From a bacterium (GTDB lineage: Bacteria; SM23-31), in NCBI GenBank assembly GCA_965249485.1, contig OZ252239.1, positions 1,504,001-1,568,000 on the forward strand: a DNA stretch of 64,000 nucleotides. The letters are read 5' to 3'. This document shows, in pieces, positions 31,589 to 41,587 of the stretch. The notes beneath the pieces are model-generated. The model did no database searches, was not told the DNA's origin, and saw only the letters and a program-made list of their open reading frames with translations. Made by a program: the position numbers and the translations under genes. Numbering within the stretch: the first letter of the stretch is position 1; each line of letters begins with the position of its first letter.

Positions 31589-32236
31589 ATGAAATTATTA
31601 AAAGTATTTGACAGGGGTTTAATCAGTCCATTCCAAGATTTCCAATACGAAAAGGGGGAATGGTATACGTGCACATACTTTGATCCTGATCCTGACATTG
31701 AGTGTTCCGAGGGGTTTTATGCTACCGAGATTGATGGATTGCCGTACTGCTTCAATATTCGAAAGATAGTACATGAGGTTGAGGTTGATGGGCGGTCTGT
31801 TGAAATTAGCCAATATAAGCGGAGATACGAAAAGATTCGGGTTGGCAGACGGATTTGGAGGCCTGAGTTGATTCGATTAGCACAAGAGAAATCTAACAGT
31901 GTCGGCTATAAACTTGATGAGGTTTTATTCCCATTTAATCCATTAACAGGCAATGCAAATAACCCAACATCCAAAGATATTAAGAGCCTCGAAAAATATA
32001 TAAAAGTCTGGGCTTCAGTCTGGGATTCATCCGGGGCTTCAGTCTGGGCTTATATCGGCAACCTGTTTCCTCAAATAGACGATTGGGAATATATAGACCA
32101 TAAACCCGGTGAGTACCCATTTCAGCCGTGTGTTGATTTATGGCATCGTGGATTTGTGCCGAGTTTTGATGGTGAAACCTGGCGGTTGCATTCGGGCAAG
32201 AACGCAAAGATTGTATATGAGAGGGAATCACAATGA
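31589..32236 (+). CDS. phage hypothetical protein with short W-(A/D)-S-V repeat
   Basis: AAGGAG RBS; FQYEKG..C..GFYA N-domain; WASVWDSSGASVWA. Confidence 0.75.
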   Translation: MKLLKVFDRGLISPFQDFQYEKGEWYTCTYFDPDPDIECSEGFYATEIDGLPYCFNIRKIVHEVEVDGRSVEISQYKRRYEKIRVGRRIWRPELIRLAQEKSNSVGYKLDEVLFPFNPLTGNANNPTSKDIKSLEKYIKVWASVWDSSGASVWAYIGNLFPQIDDWEYIDHKPGEYPFQPCVDLWHRGFVPSFDGETWRLHSGKNAKIVYERESQ

Positions 32237-32436
32237 GAGATGACCTATACAACGAATGCATCGGCAGATTCCCGCCTGAGCGACCGAATACGGTCAGGTG
32301 TAAGACTGGGACAGGCGAAGCTCAATGCGGTACACGTCTCGGTGAGATAGATTTTGCTTTCACCAATAGTGCGATGTGCCGTGAGTGTGTCATTATCGAA
32401 ATGGAAATCGATCACGACAATGAGGTGGCGGCATGA
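32233..32436 (+). CDS. phage small Cys-containing protein
   Basis: ATGA-coupled on both sides. Confidence 0.6.
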   Translation: MRDDLYNECIGRFPPERPNTVRCKTGTGEAQCGTRLGEIDFAFTNSAMCRECVIIEMEIDHDNEVAA

Positions 32437-32747
32437 ACAATGAATATGAAGTGTGTCGTATTGCTGTTGAATGTGAAAAAAATTGTCTTGGCGAGTTTGA
32501 AAAAAACCTTATGAATACCATTCAACACGCAGATAAAAACAATATGAAACTTTTATTCCAGGTATACCCGACCCACGTTGAGGCACATTTTAGACGCTGG
32601 AATCATTTTGAGAACGAGTTGATTCCATTTGAAGATAGTCCTGATTGGTATATGGAAACCGAAATCGCATTCTGGCACGACCAAGAAATCAAAGAACAAA
32701 TGGCAGTTGATGGATTTTACGACAGTCAGGGTCACAAGAATGCGTGA
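32433..32747 (+). CDS. phage hypothetical protein
   Basis: GAGGTG RBS, ATGA coupling. Confidence 0.65.
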   Translation: MNNEYEVCRIAVECEKNCLGEFEKNLMNTIQHADKNNMKLLFQVYPTHVEAHFRRWNHFENELIPFEDSPDWYMETEIAFWHDQEIKEQMAVDGFYDSQGHKNA

Positions 32748-32934
32748 AACTTTTATATTCATCGTTGACGACGGCGTCAAAAAATGGGAAGAAGAAGCGG
32801 ACGCATCATCACGGTATGATGCTTCGCAAAAGATCGGGCTGCAGTTGGCTCACAAAGGTATCACGGCATTATCAATGAAATTTTTGTATAGCAAAAAAAC
32901 AGAAAGGGGGCATCATGGCAGAGACGAAAATTAA
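32740..32934 (+). CDS. phage hypothetical protein (MRETFIF...)
   Basis: Overlaps neighbours in operon fashion; internal ATG of track ORF 32629..32934. Confidence 0.55.
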   Translation: MRETFIFIVDDGVKKWEEEADASSRYDASQKIGLQLAHKGITALSMKFLYSKKTERGHHGRDEN

Positions 32935-33901
32935 TGAAAATATGGCCTTGTGGAATGCTGTATGTACGACTGATCCTGCGCAAACAAAGCCTGTTAAATA
33001 TGGTCAGCGAGAGTATACAACAGTAGATGCATATTATCAGATCAAAAAGGCAACTGAACAATGGGGCAGGCTCGGTGCAGGATGGAAAGCCGAGCACAGC
33101 ATTATTCATTTCGATGAACGTCAGCTGATTATACTTGTTGAGCTTTGCTATAAAATTGGTGAGCGGAAAGATGCAGATGGTAATACCGTCATCATCTGGA
33201 GCAGTCCCATTTATGGTTATGGCAACGTGAGTATTAATCCTGAAAAGACTAATCATGCCTTAAATGATTCTCATAAGAAATGCTTTACCGATGGCATGAC
33301 AAAAGCCCTATCATACCTTGGGTTCGATTACGACGTATTCAGCGGGAAATTCAATGACAATAAGCATCTGGACTTCGCCAATGAAAATGGCGGAAAAGGA
33401 GAGCCAAAGAAAAAGCAGTTGAAGGGTCCGGCAACCGTTAACCAGAAAAATTTAGTCAAGAAGCTGATCAAAGAAACAGACTCTACGGACAGCCGTGCCG
33501 ATGAAGTTAGAAATTTGATGGGAGTTGCAACCGTTACGGAAACATACATCGATACGTTATCAAAGCAGCAGGCGAGTGATATAATTGAGATTCTTAAAGG
33601 CGAAAAGAAGAATAGCGGGAACGGAAAAAGTAATACCTCGAAACAGGAAAACAATAAAGGCACTGATGAAGGTAATGGAGTCCAGGACAAATCGGGAAAT
33701 TCTGAAACAAGAGACAAACGGATAGCGAGCATCCATCGATATTGTGATGAAATTGAATTTACTGGTAATCGCAGAAGCCTCATCTTAGGGATGTTCAGCA
33801 TTAAGGATTTGGACGAACTCACGAAACTTACCGATGAGCAACTGGAGAAGCTTGATCATCGGTTAAGTGAGGAACTCGATAAACAGGTGTCAGCCAAGTA
33901 A
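32915..33901 (+). CDS. single-strand annealing recombinase, Rad52/Sak-like
   Basis: ATEQWG..G.GW and KKCFTDGMTKALSYLGF..DVF motifs; position before replication initiator. Confidence 0.65.
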   Translation: MAETKINENMALWNAVCTTDPAQTKPVKYGQREYTTVDAYYQIKKATEQWGRLGAGWKAEHSIIHFDERQLIILVELCYKIGERKDADGNTVIIWSSPIYGYGNVSINPEKTNHALNDSHKKCFTDGMTKALSYLGFDYDVFSGKFNDNKHLDFANENGGKGEPKKKQLKGPATVNQKNLVKKLIKETDSTDSRADEVRNLMGVATVTETYIDTLSKQQASDIIEILKGEKKNSGNGKSNTSKQENNKGTDEGNGVQDKSGNSETRDKRIASIHRYCDEIEFTGNRRSLILGMFSIKDLDELTKLTDEQLEKLDHRLSEELDKQVSAK

Positions 33902-33934
33902 TGAGGCATCCGGTTATAACAGGAAGTTGGGGAA

Positions 33935-34939
33935 ATGAAGAAAGATACATATTATTTCAGCCACGATTCTAATGCGAGTAATGATTCTAAAATTCTAATG
34001 ATGCGATCTAAATACGGATTTGAAGGTTATGGTTTGTATTGGTCTTTGATTGAGATTATGAGACAGCAGTCAAACTATAAAATCAATCTTAAACACATTG
34101 ATGGCATTGCTTTAACCTTACCATATGACCGTGATAAACTTATTGAATTTATTGAGTATTGCTCAAACGATCCTATTCGTTTATTCAGCAAAAAGAGCGG
34201 CTATTTATTTAGTAATAGTCTTATAAGGCGCATGAAAAAAGTTGATGAAATACGAGCTTTGAGATCAGAGGTTGGAAGCAAGGGAGGCAGGATGCGGGCG
34301 GAAAGGATGAAAACCGCCAAAGAAAAAGGGGATCACACTAATAAAGAATGGCAAGTAATGAAATCTTTTTTTGACAACAAGTGTGTCAAGTGTGGCAAAA
34401 CCGGAATACAAAAAGATCATATTGTTCCAATTTATCAAGAGGGAAGCAATGCTATTACAAACCTGCAGCCTCTATGTTGTTACTGCAACACAAGTAAGGG
34501 GAATGAAACAATTGATTATAGACTGTCAAGGTGTGAAGCAATTGGTAAGCAAATGCTACAAGTTTGGTTAACCAACGGTCAAGCAAAAAGTAGCAAAGTA
34601 AAGGAAAGTAAACTAAATAAAATAAAAGATATAAATGATGATGTTATAAAGGTTCTTAAATCAAGCCGCTTTTTTAAAGACATCACATCACATAAAAATT
34701 TCAATGAATGGCTTAGAAATAATATAGATAGATATCATGACATTGATATATGTGGAGAAATTAATAAGGCGCATTTGTATCTCATAAGTTCCGGGAAACG
34801 ATATGATAATTACCTCTTATGGCTTAGCGGCACATGGCTTAAAAACGCAAAAAATACAGATAAAACAGAAAATCAGAAATCAGAAATAAAGGACAGTGAA
34901 GATGACTACCCAATTGATCACTTATCAACGGGGACATAA
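33935..34939 (+). CDS. phage replication initiator (DUF4373/Lin1244-like N-domain) with internal HNH domain
   Basis: YFSHD...KI..R.KYG.EGYGLYW; CVKC..DHIVP...N...NLQPLC..CN..KG. Confidence 0.8.
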   Translation: MKKDTYYFSHDSNASNDSKILMMRSKYGFEGYGLYWSLIEIMRQQSNYKINLKHIDGIALTLPYDRDKLIEFIEYCSNDPIRLFSKKSGYLFSNSLIRRMKKVDEIRALRSEVGSKGGRMRAERMKTAKEKGDHTNKEWQVMKSFFDNKCVKCGKTGIQKDHIVPIYQEGSNAITNLQPLCCYCNTSKGNETIDYRLSRCEAIGKQMLQVWLTNGQAKSSKVKESKLNKIKDINDDVIKVLKSSRFFKDITSHKNFNEWLRNNIDRYHDIDICGEINKAHLYLISSGKRYDNYLLWLSGTWLKNAKNTDKTENQKSEIKDSEDDYPIDHLSTGT

Positions 34940-35621
34940 GTCGGAACAATTATGTCCCTATTGCAACAAGGAGCTTATTTATGCTGTCACTCCTCAAGGA
35001 GCGGAGACGGAAGTCTGTTATGATCCTGCTTGTGAGGAAAAGGTATATATCGAATTTATGAAAAAGAGTCCGGAAAAGGTTCTCTATCGGCAGGGAGTAT
35101 TTGGGGATTATTTGGGGTGCACATTGAATAATTTTAAAACCAAAGATGATTTAATGATTGCTAAATGCAGGGAATTTGTTGCAGATCCCAAATATGGATT
35201 AGTGTTGATTGGAAATACCGGTACCGGGAAAACACATCTTGCAGCTGCAGTTACTCGTGGAATTGCTCAAACAGGAATCAGGACACTTTATTTCAGATCC
35301 ACTCTGGATATCATCCGGGAAATCAAGGATTCCTACAATGAAGATTCGCGATTTACGGAACTTGAATTAACAAAAAAATATTCCAATGCAGATTTTCTTG
35401 TGATTGATGATCTTGGAAGTGAGAAACATACAGAATGGAGTGCACAGACACTTTACTCTGTCATTGAGGACAGAATTAAGGAAGCAAGACCTACGGTAAT
35501 CACAACAAATTTAAGTCTTGGTGAAATTGCGAGTCAAATCAGCAAGAGGATTGCAAGCAGGCTTGCTATGTACACCGTTATAAAAATCACTATGCCGGAT
35601 TACAGAATGAGGAGAGTATGA
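34896..35621 (+). CDS. DnaC/IstB-like helicase-loader ATPase
   Basis: Walker A GNTGTGKT, Walker B LVIDDLG, ITTN, RIASRL. Confidence 0.9.
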   Translation: MKMTTQLITYQRGHKSEQLCPYCNKELIYAVTPQGAETEVCYDPACEEKVYIEFMKKSPEKVLYRQGVFGDYLGCTLNNFKTKDDLMIAKCREFVADPKYGLVLIGNTGTGKTHLAAAVTRGIAQTGIRTLYFRSTLDIIREIKDSYNEDSRFTELELTKKYSNADFLVIDDLGSEKHTEWSAQTLYSVIEDRIKEARPTVITTNLSLGEIASQISKRIASRLAMYTVIKITMPDYRMRRV

Positions 35622-35788
35622 ATAATTGTTGTGAACACCCAGTCATTGAAATTATAGGGATTCATAAGGACTATTTACAAGGTGAAATGACTCCATTATA
35701 CCGATGCCTTGAGTGCAAAGGTGTGATTGAAGTAGAAACGATCGAACGATACAGGAAAAATGACGGATTATGGATTTCAGTGGCCTAA
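35618..35788 (+). CDS. 56-aa putative zinc-ribbon protein (MNNCCEHP...YRCLECK)
   Basis: ATGA overlap with dnaC-like gene, GAGGAG RBS, CxH and CxxC; below track cutoff. Confidence 0.55.
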   Translation: MNNCCEHPVIEIIGIHKDYLQGEMTPLYRCLECKGVIEVETIERYRKNDGLWISVA

Positions 35789-36117
35789 GAAAACAACCTG
35801 CATGGCAGCGAGTGCTTTACCGTTTATGGTATGCACGGTTACATAATGAAAAACATCGCGGATTACCGCCGGGTTGGCTGCCGATCTATGAGTTTCAAAA
35901 GGTGGGCGGTTCCAGTGGTGATAGACGGTTTCGGGAAATACGGGATGAAAAGTTAGTGCCAACAGATTATGACAAATTTGAGATAGGTGAAGAAACAATC
36001 CATGCTTACCGTCTGGATTGCGACCCTTATGAAATCGATTGGCAGGAGATATTTGATCAGGGTCCCAAGTGGAGGTTTCGCAGGAAAATAGAGGAAGTTC
36101 AACTGGATTTAATATAA
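35770..36117 (+). CDS. phage hypothetical protein
   Basis: ORF in operon. Confidence 0.6.
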   Translation: MDFSGLRKQPAWQRVLYRLWYARLHNEKHRGLPPGWLPIYEFQKVGGSSGDRRFREIRDEKLVPTDYDKFEIGEETIHAYRLDCDPYEIDWQEIFDQGPKWRFRRKIEEVQLDLI

Positions 36118-36141
36118 AACAGGAACAGTGGATGTGATTTA

Positions 36142-36351
36142 ATGGATTTACCAGATAGTCGCGGAAAGCATAATAGTCATGCCAAAAGTTCAGATCATTA
36201 TCGATGGAATCATGGAAAAATAATCTCTAATGAAGGGTATGTCAAGGTTAGAGTGGGGATTAACCATCCTTGTCGTGATGAGAAAGGCAGATTTACTCAA
36301 GAAACTCACACCTTCACCATGTGCAAAGGCATGATGCCTCCTCATGTTTAG
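36142..36351 (+). pseudogene. probable truncated HNH endonuclease (N-terminal part only)
   Basis: WNHGK....GYVKV...NHP resembles the lead-in of phage HNH nucleases, but no catalytic core follows. Confidence 0.4.
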
Positions 36352-36757
36352 GAATGATTCTATGTACGACAAAGCACTCTCATTACGACAGCCGTGGGCA
36401 AGCCTGATCATTGAAGGCTATAAGACCATCGAAACACGCACATGGCCTACAAAGCACAGAGGAAAGCTGTATATCCATGCCAGCAGGATGATTGATTTTG
36501 AGGCGAAGGAGCGATTCAAGATAACGGCAGAATTGCCAACAGGTGTATTATTGGGGACTGTCGATCTGGTCAAGGTGATACCGTTTTCAAGACAGGACTG
36601 GATTGATTTAGCCGAAGATCATTGGTGCTGGAGGGATTACAATCCCGTAGTATATGCGTGGCATGTTAAAAATCCGGAAATGATAAAGCCATTTTTACCG
36701 TGTAAAGGTTCGCGAAATCTTTTCAATGTTGATATAAAACAACTGCAGGAAGCATAA
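36344..36757 (+). CDS. ASCH domain protein
   Basis: ALSLRQPWASLI..G.KTIETR.W....RG.LYIHA. Confidence 0.92.
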   Translation: MFRNDSMYDKALSLRQPWASLIIEGYKTIETRTWPTKHRGKLYIHASRMIDFEAKERFKITAELPTGVLLGTVDLVKVIPFSRQDWIDLAEDHWCWRDYNPVVYAWHVKNPEMIKPFLPCKGSRNLFNVDIKQLQEA

Positions 36758-36759
36758 TT

Positions 36760-36927
36760 ATGGAAATAGAATTGGATCATTGTTTCATATGTAAAGAACC
36801 ATGGGAATTAGCAGATCGATGCCCATGCTGTATGATGTGTGACGAATGCTGTGAATGCGCACCTGATCCTGACATGCAGCCGGGCGGTGTTGATGATTAT
36901 TTTGGAAAGCAACCGGAGTTGGTTTAA
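36760..36927 (+). CDS. 55-aa Cys-rich acidic miniprotein
   Basis: MEIELDHCFICKEPWELADRCPCCMMCDECCEC...; AGGA RBS; below track cutoff. Confidence 0.55.
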   Translation: MEIELDHCFICKEPWELADRCPCCMMCDECCECAPDPDMQPGGVDDYFGKQPELV

Positions 36928-36952
36928 AGAAATCCAGGGCAACAGGGCGAGA

Positions 36953-37234
36953 ATGAAATACAAGAAGGAAGCTGATTATCTGAAATTCCTGTGTGACCTA
37001 AATGAGAATGGTTTGTTGTCACTTCTTGATAATTCAGTTAAATCAAAAGATAGTTTCGATGCGTTTAATATTCACCTAAAACGCTATTGCAAAGCGAGAC
37101 GCAGGCAGTATGTATTAAATAGATTTAATTACTACAAAAAACGGCAATGCTTTGACCTCGCAGTTGCAAGTATTGCAAAAGAGACAGGATGGAGTGGAAG
37201 TACGGTGAGACAAATACTGGATAGGAACAGATGA
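36953..37234 (+). CDS. putative HTH transcription regulator at end of early operon
   Basis: C-terminal IAKETGWSGSTVRQIL helix-turn-helix; position typical of a late-gene regulator. Confidence 0.55.
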   Translation: MKYKKEADYLKFLCDLNENGLLSLLDNSVKSKDSFDAFNIHLKRYCKARRRQYVLNRFNYYKKRQCFDLAVASIAKETGWSGSTVRQILDRNR

Positions 37235-37344
37235 TTGTTACAAACGTACACCTAATCCGAGTTTAAAATCAACTGTATTACTGTTAATTGAGAACTCTCC
37301 GGAATTCTCCTCATCGATAGTGCCCGTTTTCTCAATATAGTGTG

Positions 37345-37800
37345 CTATTGGAAGATCACTTGAGAACGTAGAGCACGTAAATACTTAATAATCTCCCACA
37401 GAGATTCAGGAATATAAACATGACCTGGAGCATACACTCTAACAGTTTCGGATTTTCCTTCATATATATAGACTATTGTATATGCGTCTGCATCAGCAAC
37501 ACTTCCAGAATAGCTCGGATCATACTGAGAAAAATTGCTGAACAACTGAATGAGAGAATCCTTTTGAGTAGTAGTTAAAATACCTTGCGAAACTTTTCCT
37601 GTCCATTCTAATTTTTGAATTGTTCCGTCGCCAAATATATAAAGCCTATCGGCGCCTCCAGATAATCCAAGACTTCTAGTATAATGGATTTCCATTTTTG
37701 AGAATTCATCAGGATCAGGTTCTGTAGAATTACTACAACTGAATAAAATTACAATAATTACACCTAATATAAATTTATTGAACATGTTTCCACCTATCAC
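37345..37800 (-). CDS. lipoprotein of unknown function (prophage cargo)
   Basis: Lipobox LFSC followed by SNSTEP. Confidence 0.75.
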   Translation of the reverse strand: MIGGNMFNKFILGVIIVILFSCSNSTEPDPDEFSKMEIHYTRSLGLSGGADRLYIFGDGTIQKLEWTGKVSQGILTTTQKDSLIQLFSNFSQYDPSYSGSVADADAYTIVYIYEGKSETVRVYAPGHVYIPESLWEIIKYLRALRSQVIFQ

Positions 37801-38133
37801 TTATTCCATTACAGGGATTTTATTATAATGGCGCAAAAACCATTCCAACAGATATCCGGATTTTTGCAGAATTCTAAGCAATAAATAAACAATAACTTAC
37901 TGTTTACACCTTCACTATCATTATGAACAATAGTGCAATAATTTGCACTGCAAAATGGTGTATGTGATTGTTTCTCGGAATTTGATACTACTTTATATAC
38001 TATATACTATGAGTTTTATTCAGTATAAAGTCCCCTTACGGGATTTTACTGCATATTATACGAAAGAGGCGGGATGAAATAGAGGTGCTGTGAGATAAAT
38101 ACCGAAGAGGAATAGATGATTTTCTTAATATCG

Positions 38134-39147
38134 TTAGTTTGGGCCAAATGTTAATTGAACTAAATTGCTACCACCGACATCAATACTATAGACGGTTTCA
38201 AGGCCAAATTTGATTCCCTCGGGCGATCGGGTAAAAATAATTTTCCCATCATCTGAAGACCATGACGGTTGTTTACCATCAGTTAATTTCCTCAGGTTTT
38301 TACCATCAACATCTATTACGTATATTGAGGTAATTGCGGTTTCCAGTGATTTAGATTGAAATACAATCTTACTCCCATCAGGAGAAAACTTTGGATATAA
38401 ATGGTCACTAAATGAATTGTTCTCAATTGTTAACCGGGTTACAATATCGCTTTGTAAATTCAAAATATATAATCCTTTGTCATTATCAATTATCTTATAA
38501 CCATTATATACCAATCTTGAACCATCTGGTGACCAATTCGGCATTTGCTGACCTTGAGTTCCGGGAATGTTTAATTCAGCTATTTCCAATCCGTCACTAT
38601 TCATTATTCTTATTCGCCATGTATCATATGTTCCACCGTGTCTCACTTCATAGACGATTTTTTGTCCCAATGGATCCCAATCAGGATTAAAATTATTCTC
38701 GTTAAACGTTAATTGTTCAATCTTTGTGGTGTCAATGCTCCCGTTCACAACAGGCATTTTAAAAATTTGACCACTTGAATGATACACAATCCATTTATTA
38801 TCTGGACTCCAATCAATAATAGATGAGAACTCTTTTAACAATAGATGCGGATTACCACCATCAGCATTAGCAATCCAAAGACTGGACAATTCGAAATCGT
38901 GATCGTAACCTTTCCCTGTGCTATTCTCAATCACATGAGTATGATTGTACAATACAAATCGACCATCAGATGACATAACAGGAAAAGTATCAATTGTTGA
39001 ATGTATTGGACCTATTGTTGGAGGTTCGACGGGATTTTCGTTACACGAAAACAATATGAACAAAACAAAGAGTAAAATATTTTCACAATAGTGAACATAT
39101 TTTCTCAATATGCAATATAAACGCAATAATATTTTTTTAATGTTCAT
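38134..39147 (-). CDS. TolB-like (PD40) beta-propeller lipoprotein
   Basis: Lipobox LFSC; repeated WSPD/FSPDG motifs. Confidence 0.85.
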   Translation of the reverse strand: MNIKKILLRLYCILRKYVHYCENILLFVLFILFSCNENPVEPPTIGPIHSTIDTFPVMSSDGRFVLYNHTHVIENSTGKGYDHDFELSSLWIANADGGNPHLLLKEFSSIIDWSPDNKWIVYHSSGQIFKMPVVNGSIDTTKIEQLTFNENNFNPDWDPLGQKIVYEVRHGGTYDTWRIRIMNSDGLEIAELNIPGTQGQQMPNWSPDGSRLVYNGYKIIDNDKGLYILNLQSDIVTRLTIENNSFSDHLYPKFSPDGSKIVFQSKSLETAITSIYVIDVDGKNLRKLTDGKQPSWSSDDGKIIFTRSPEGIKFGLETVYSIDVGGSNLVQLTFGPN

Positions 39148-39264
39148 AACGTCAGATTATTTCTTCAGAGAAATAATTTTACTGAGAAATAATTATTATC
39201 ATGCATCAACAAGAGATACATAATAATATTCATTACACTTTAATGGTTCTAAATAAGTTCCATT

Positions 39265-39302
39265 AATAAGAGCGAGAAGCAAGTATACTTCTCGCTCTTA
39301 TT
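39265..39302 (-). terminator. hairpin downstream of the protease gene
   Basis: Perfect 15-bp inverted repeat AATAAGAGCGAGAAG/CTTCTCGCTCTTATT. Confidence 0.7.
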
Positions 39303-39318
39303 TCCAATGTAAAAAATA

Positions 39319-41469
39319 TTATTTAATCAACACCATTCGTTTCGTCTCAATAAAGTCTCCTGCTTCAAGCCTGTAAATATACGTTCCGCTGGCAAACCTG
39401 CTCGCATCAAATTTTACAGAGTAGAATCCCAGCGCCTGCTGAGTATCGACAAGTCGCACGACTTCCTGGCCAAGAATATTATATATGGTAAGCCTCACAT
39501 GTGCTGCCTCGGGCAGTTGATATTTGATCTCTGTCGTCGGATTAAATGGATTCGGATAGTTCTGCTCCAAACCATAAGAAGTAGGAAGTTGGCTATCGGC
39601 AGCAATCTTCTGTCCTGTATATTCCACAGCTTTAGATGCATACGCACCAGTAAATAACGTATCCCTAATTGTTACGCCTATTGTCACATCTTCATCTATA
39701 TAGTATGTTGCTGTAGAAGCTGTGCCTCCGCCATCATCCCACGTATATGTATAAGGTGGGACCCCACCGCTGACATGTGCTTGATATGTGTAATAATCGG
39801 GCCATTCGGCACGCCCAGGCCCCGATATATAAACGTTAGTAAGCGGTGGATTAATTCCATGTGTATCAAAAGCATCAATAATCTCATCTTCCCACTGGGC
39901 AAAATCACCTGTGGCTTCGGCTAATATCGATTCTCTCCCATCTAAAAATGTTGTGTCATCACCCAACATTTTTATCCCATCTAATATCATTTCATTCGCT
40001 TCGTGATCATAAATACCTAGAGCATCTCTTAAATCCCATAATGCACCAGAAAAAATAAGGCTTTGATCGTAAAAATTTGTAAAGTAGTGTGGTGCGGTCT
40101 CATCAATGGAAGAAATAGAATTGTAATGAAAGTTATTATTAATATCTCTTGTCCAATCCTTGGTATCACCTGGTATGTCCGCGTATTCTAATATGAGGCT
40201 ATTATCCGAGCCTAATATATCACTTTTGTATGCTAGGGCAAAATAATCTGCAACAGCTTCATTCATTGCCTTTTCTTCACTCTTGATATCATCATTATTA
40301 ACATCTAAAACACCAAATCTATTCATTATAATATAATGAACGTACTCATGGGCTATTGTAGCACCTTCACGGGTTGGATTTCTTAGTTCACTACTATCAT
40401 AACCAAAACGAATATGATTATTAGTAAGATCGTATCCTGGTGAGTCTATATCGGGATAACTTGTGTGGGCATAAATATTTGGTAGCGCACTTGCACTAGT
40501 GTCTAAACCCGCATCTCGATTCATATATCGTACGAATCGATCAATATGGTGGTATACCATGACTTGATCAAATTCTGCATCAGAATCGTCGGTTGAATAA
40601 ACAAATGTTCCATCTGTTTCTTCAACATTGGTACTGTCCCACTTATTAACATTGACAAATCTTCCTTCGAGTTTATAAACACCCCCAACAGGCGGATTTA
40701 ATCCAATAAGAGTTGCACTACTATCTATATCTCCTTGCGTTTTATTTGTCTCGTAAACCTTTCCTGTAACGGAATGCACCGAACTACCTTTTTGTATTAT
40801 GTCGCCATTATGAGCATCTATTCTATAGAATAGGCTATTATTCAATTCAAATGCATGATATACCAGACTGAACGATTGTGTTTCTTTATCTCTATTAATC
40901 ACATGTATCAATAACGTGGGTTCTGAAATTTTCGCATCTGACGTTCCGCCAATATCGTTGAGAATGATACTGGAGACCTGCTCGGGTGTAATCGAGGGTT
41001 TGGTATTTACATCAACATCAGTGAAATATTTACCGTTAACATAATAAATATCGCCGTCTTTATTAACTCTTACTGCATAACCACTTCCAATAATGGGCAC
41101 ATTATTGAAGTGCTGCTGATATACAAAACTTTTTGAACCTCGCGATGAAGTATTAGCTCTTATGAGTTTTAAATCCCGCGTAACGTTTTCAATTCCCAGC
41201 ATAACTCGTTGGTCACGTAAAAATGATTCCGCAATTTGCTTCTGTGTACCTCCATACTTGGATATTTTTATTCCCATAATTGAAGCAGGTGTTCCCGATT
41301 CTTTCAGCCGGACTTTAGGATTTCCTTCCAAATCATTGACGAAATCAATAACTGCGTCGATTCGGTCTTCCTTGGTTGGTTTCTCTTTGACCTGCTGTGT
41401 AAAACCAAAGGATGGACAAAGAAAAACAAAAACTAACATAAACAGTACAATCTTTTCTCCAATTTTCAT
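39319..41469 (-). CDS. secreted M4/M36 (thermolysin/fungalysin-like) metalloprotease with propeptide and T9SS-type C-terminal sorting domain
   Basis: Signal peptide, FTP/PepSY-like propeptide, AHEYVH plus NEAVAD, C-terminal QNYPNPFNPTTEI...SGTYIYRL. Confidence 0.85.
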   Translation of the reverse strand: MKIGEKIVLFMLVFVFLCPSFGFTQQVKEKPTKEDRIDAVIDFVNDLEGNPKVRLKESGTPASIMGIKISKYGGTQKQIAESFLRDQRVMLGIENVTRDLKLIRANTSSRGSKSFVYQQHFNNVPIIGSGYAVRVNKDGDIYYVNGKYFTDVDVNTKPSITPEQVSSIILNDIGGTSDAKISEPTLLIHVINRDKETQSFSLVYHAFELNNSLFYRIDAHNGDIIQKGSSVHSVTGKVYETNKTQGDIDSSATLIGLNPPVGGVYKLEGRFVNVNKWDSTNVEETDGTFVYSTDDSDAEFDQVMVYHHIDRFVRYMNRDAGLDTSASALPNIYAHTSYPDIDSPGYDLTNNHIRFGYDSSELRNPTREGATIAHEYVHYIIMNRFGVLDVNNDDIKSEEKAMNEAVADYFALAYKSDILGSDNSLILEYADIPGDTKDWTRDINNNFHYNSISSIDETAPHYFTNFYDQSLIFSGALWDLRDALGIYDHEANEMILDGIKMLGDDTTFLDGRESILAEATGDFAQWEDEIIDAFDTHGINPPLTNVYISGPGRAEWPDYYTYQAHVSGGVPPYTYTWDDGGGTASTATYYIDEDVTIGVTIRDTLFTGAYASKAVEYTGQKIAADSQLPTSYGLEQNYPNPFNPTTEIKYQLPEAAHVRLTIYNILGQEVVRLVDTQQALGFYSVKFDASRFASGTYIYRLEAGDFIETKRMVLIK

Positions 41470-41587
41470 ACTGCACCTCCTAAAAAAAATTAGTTAATAA
41501 TTAAAACGCACTGCTAGTTATATGTTATCTTAAGATTATAAAAGCCCAATATAAAATCAAATGACATAATTCCTTTTTGCACTATCC

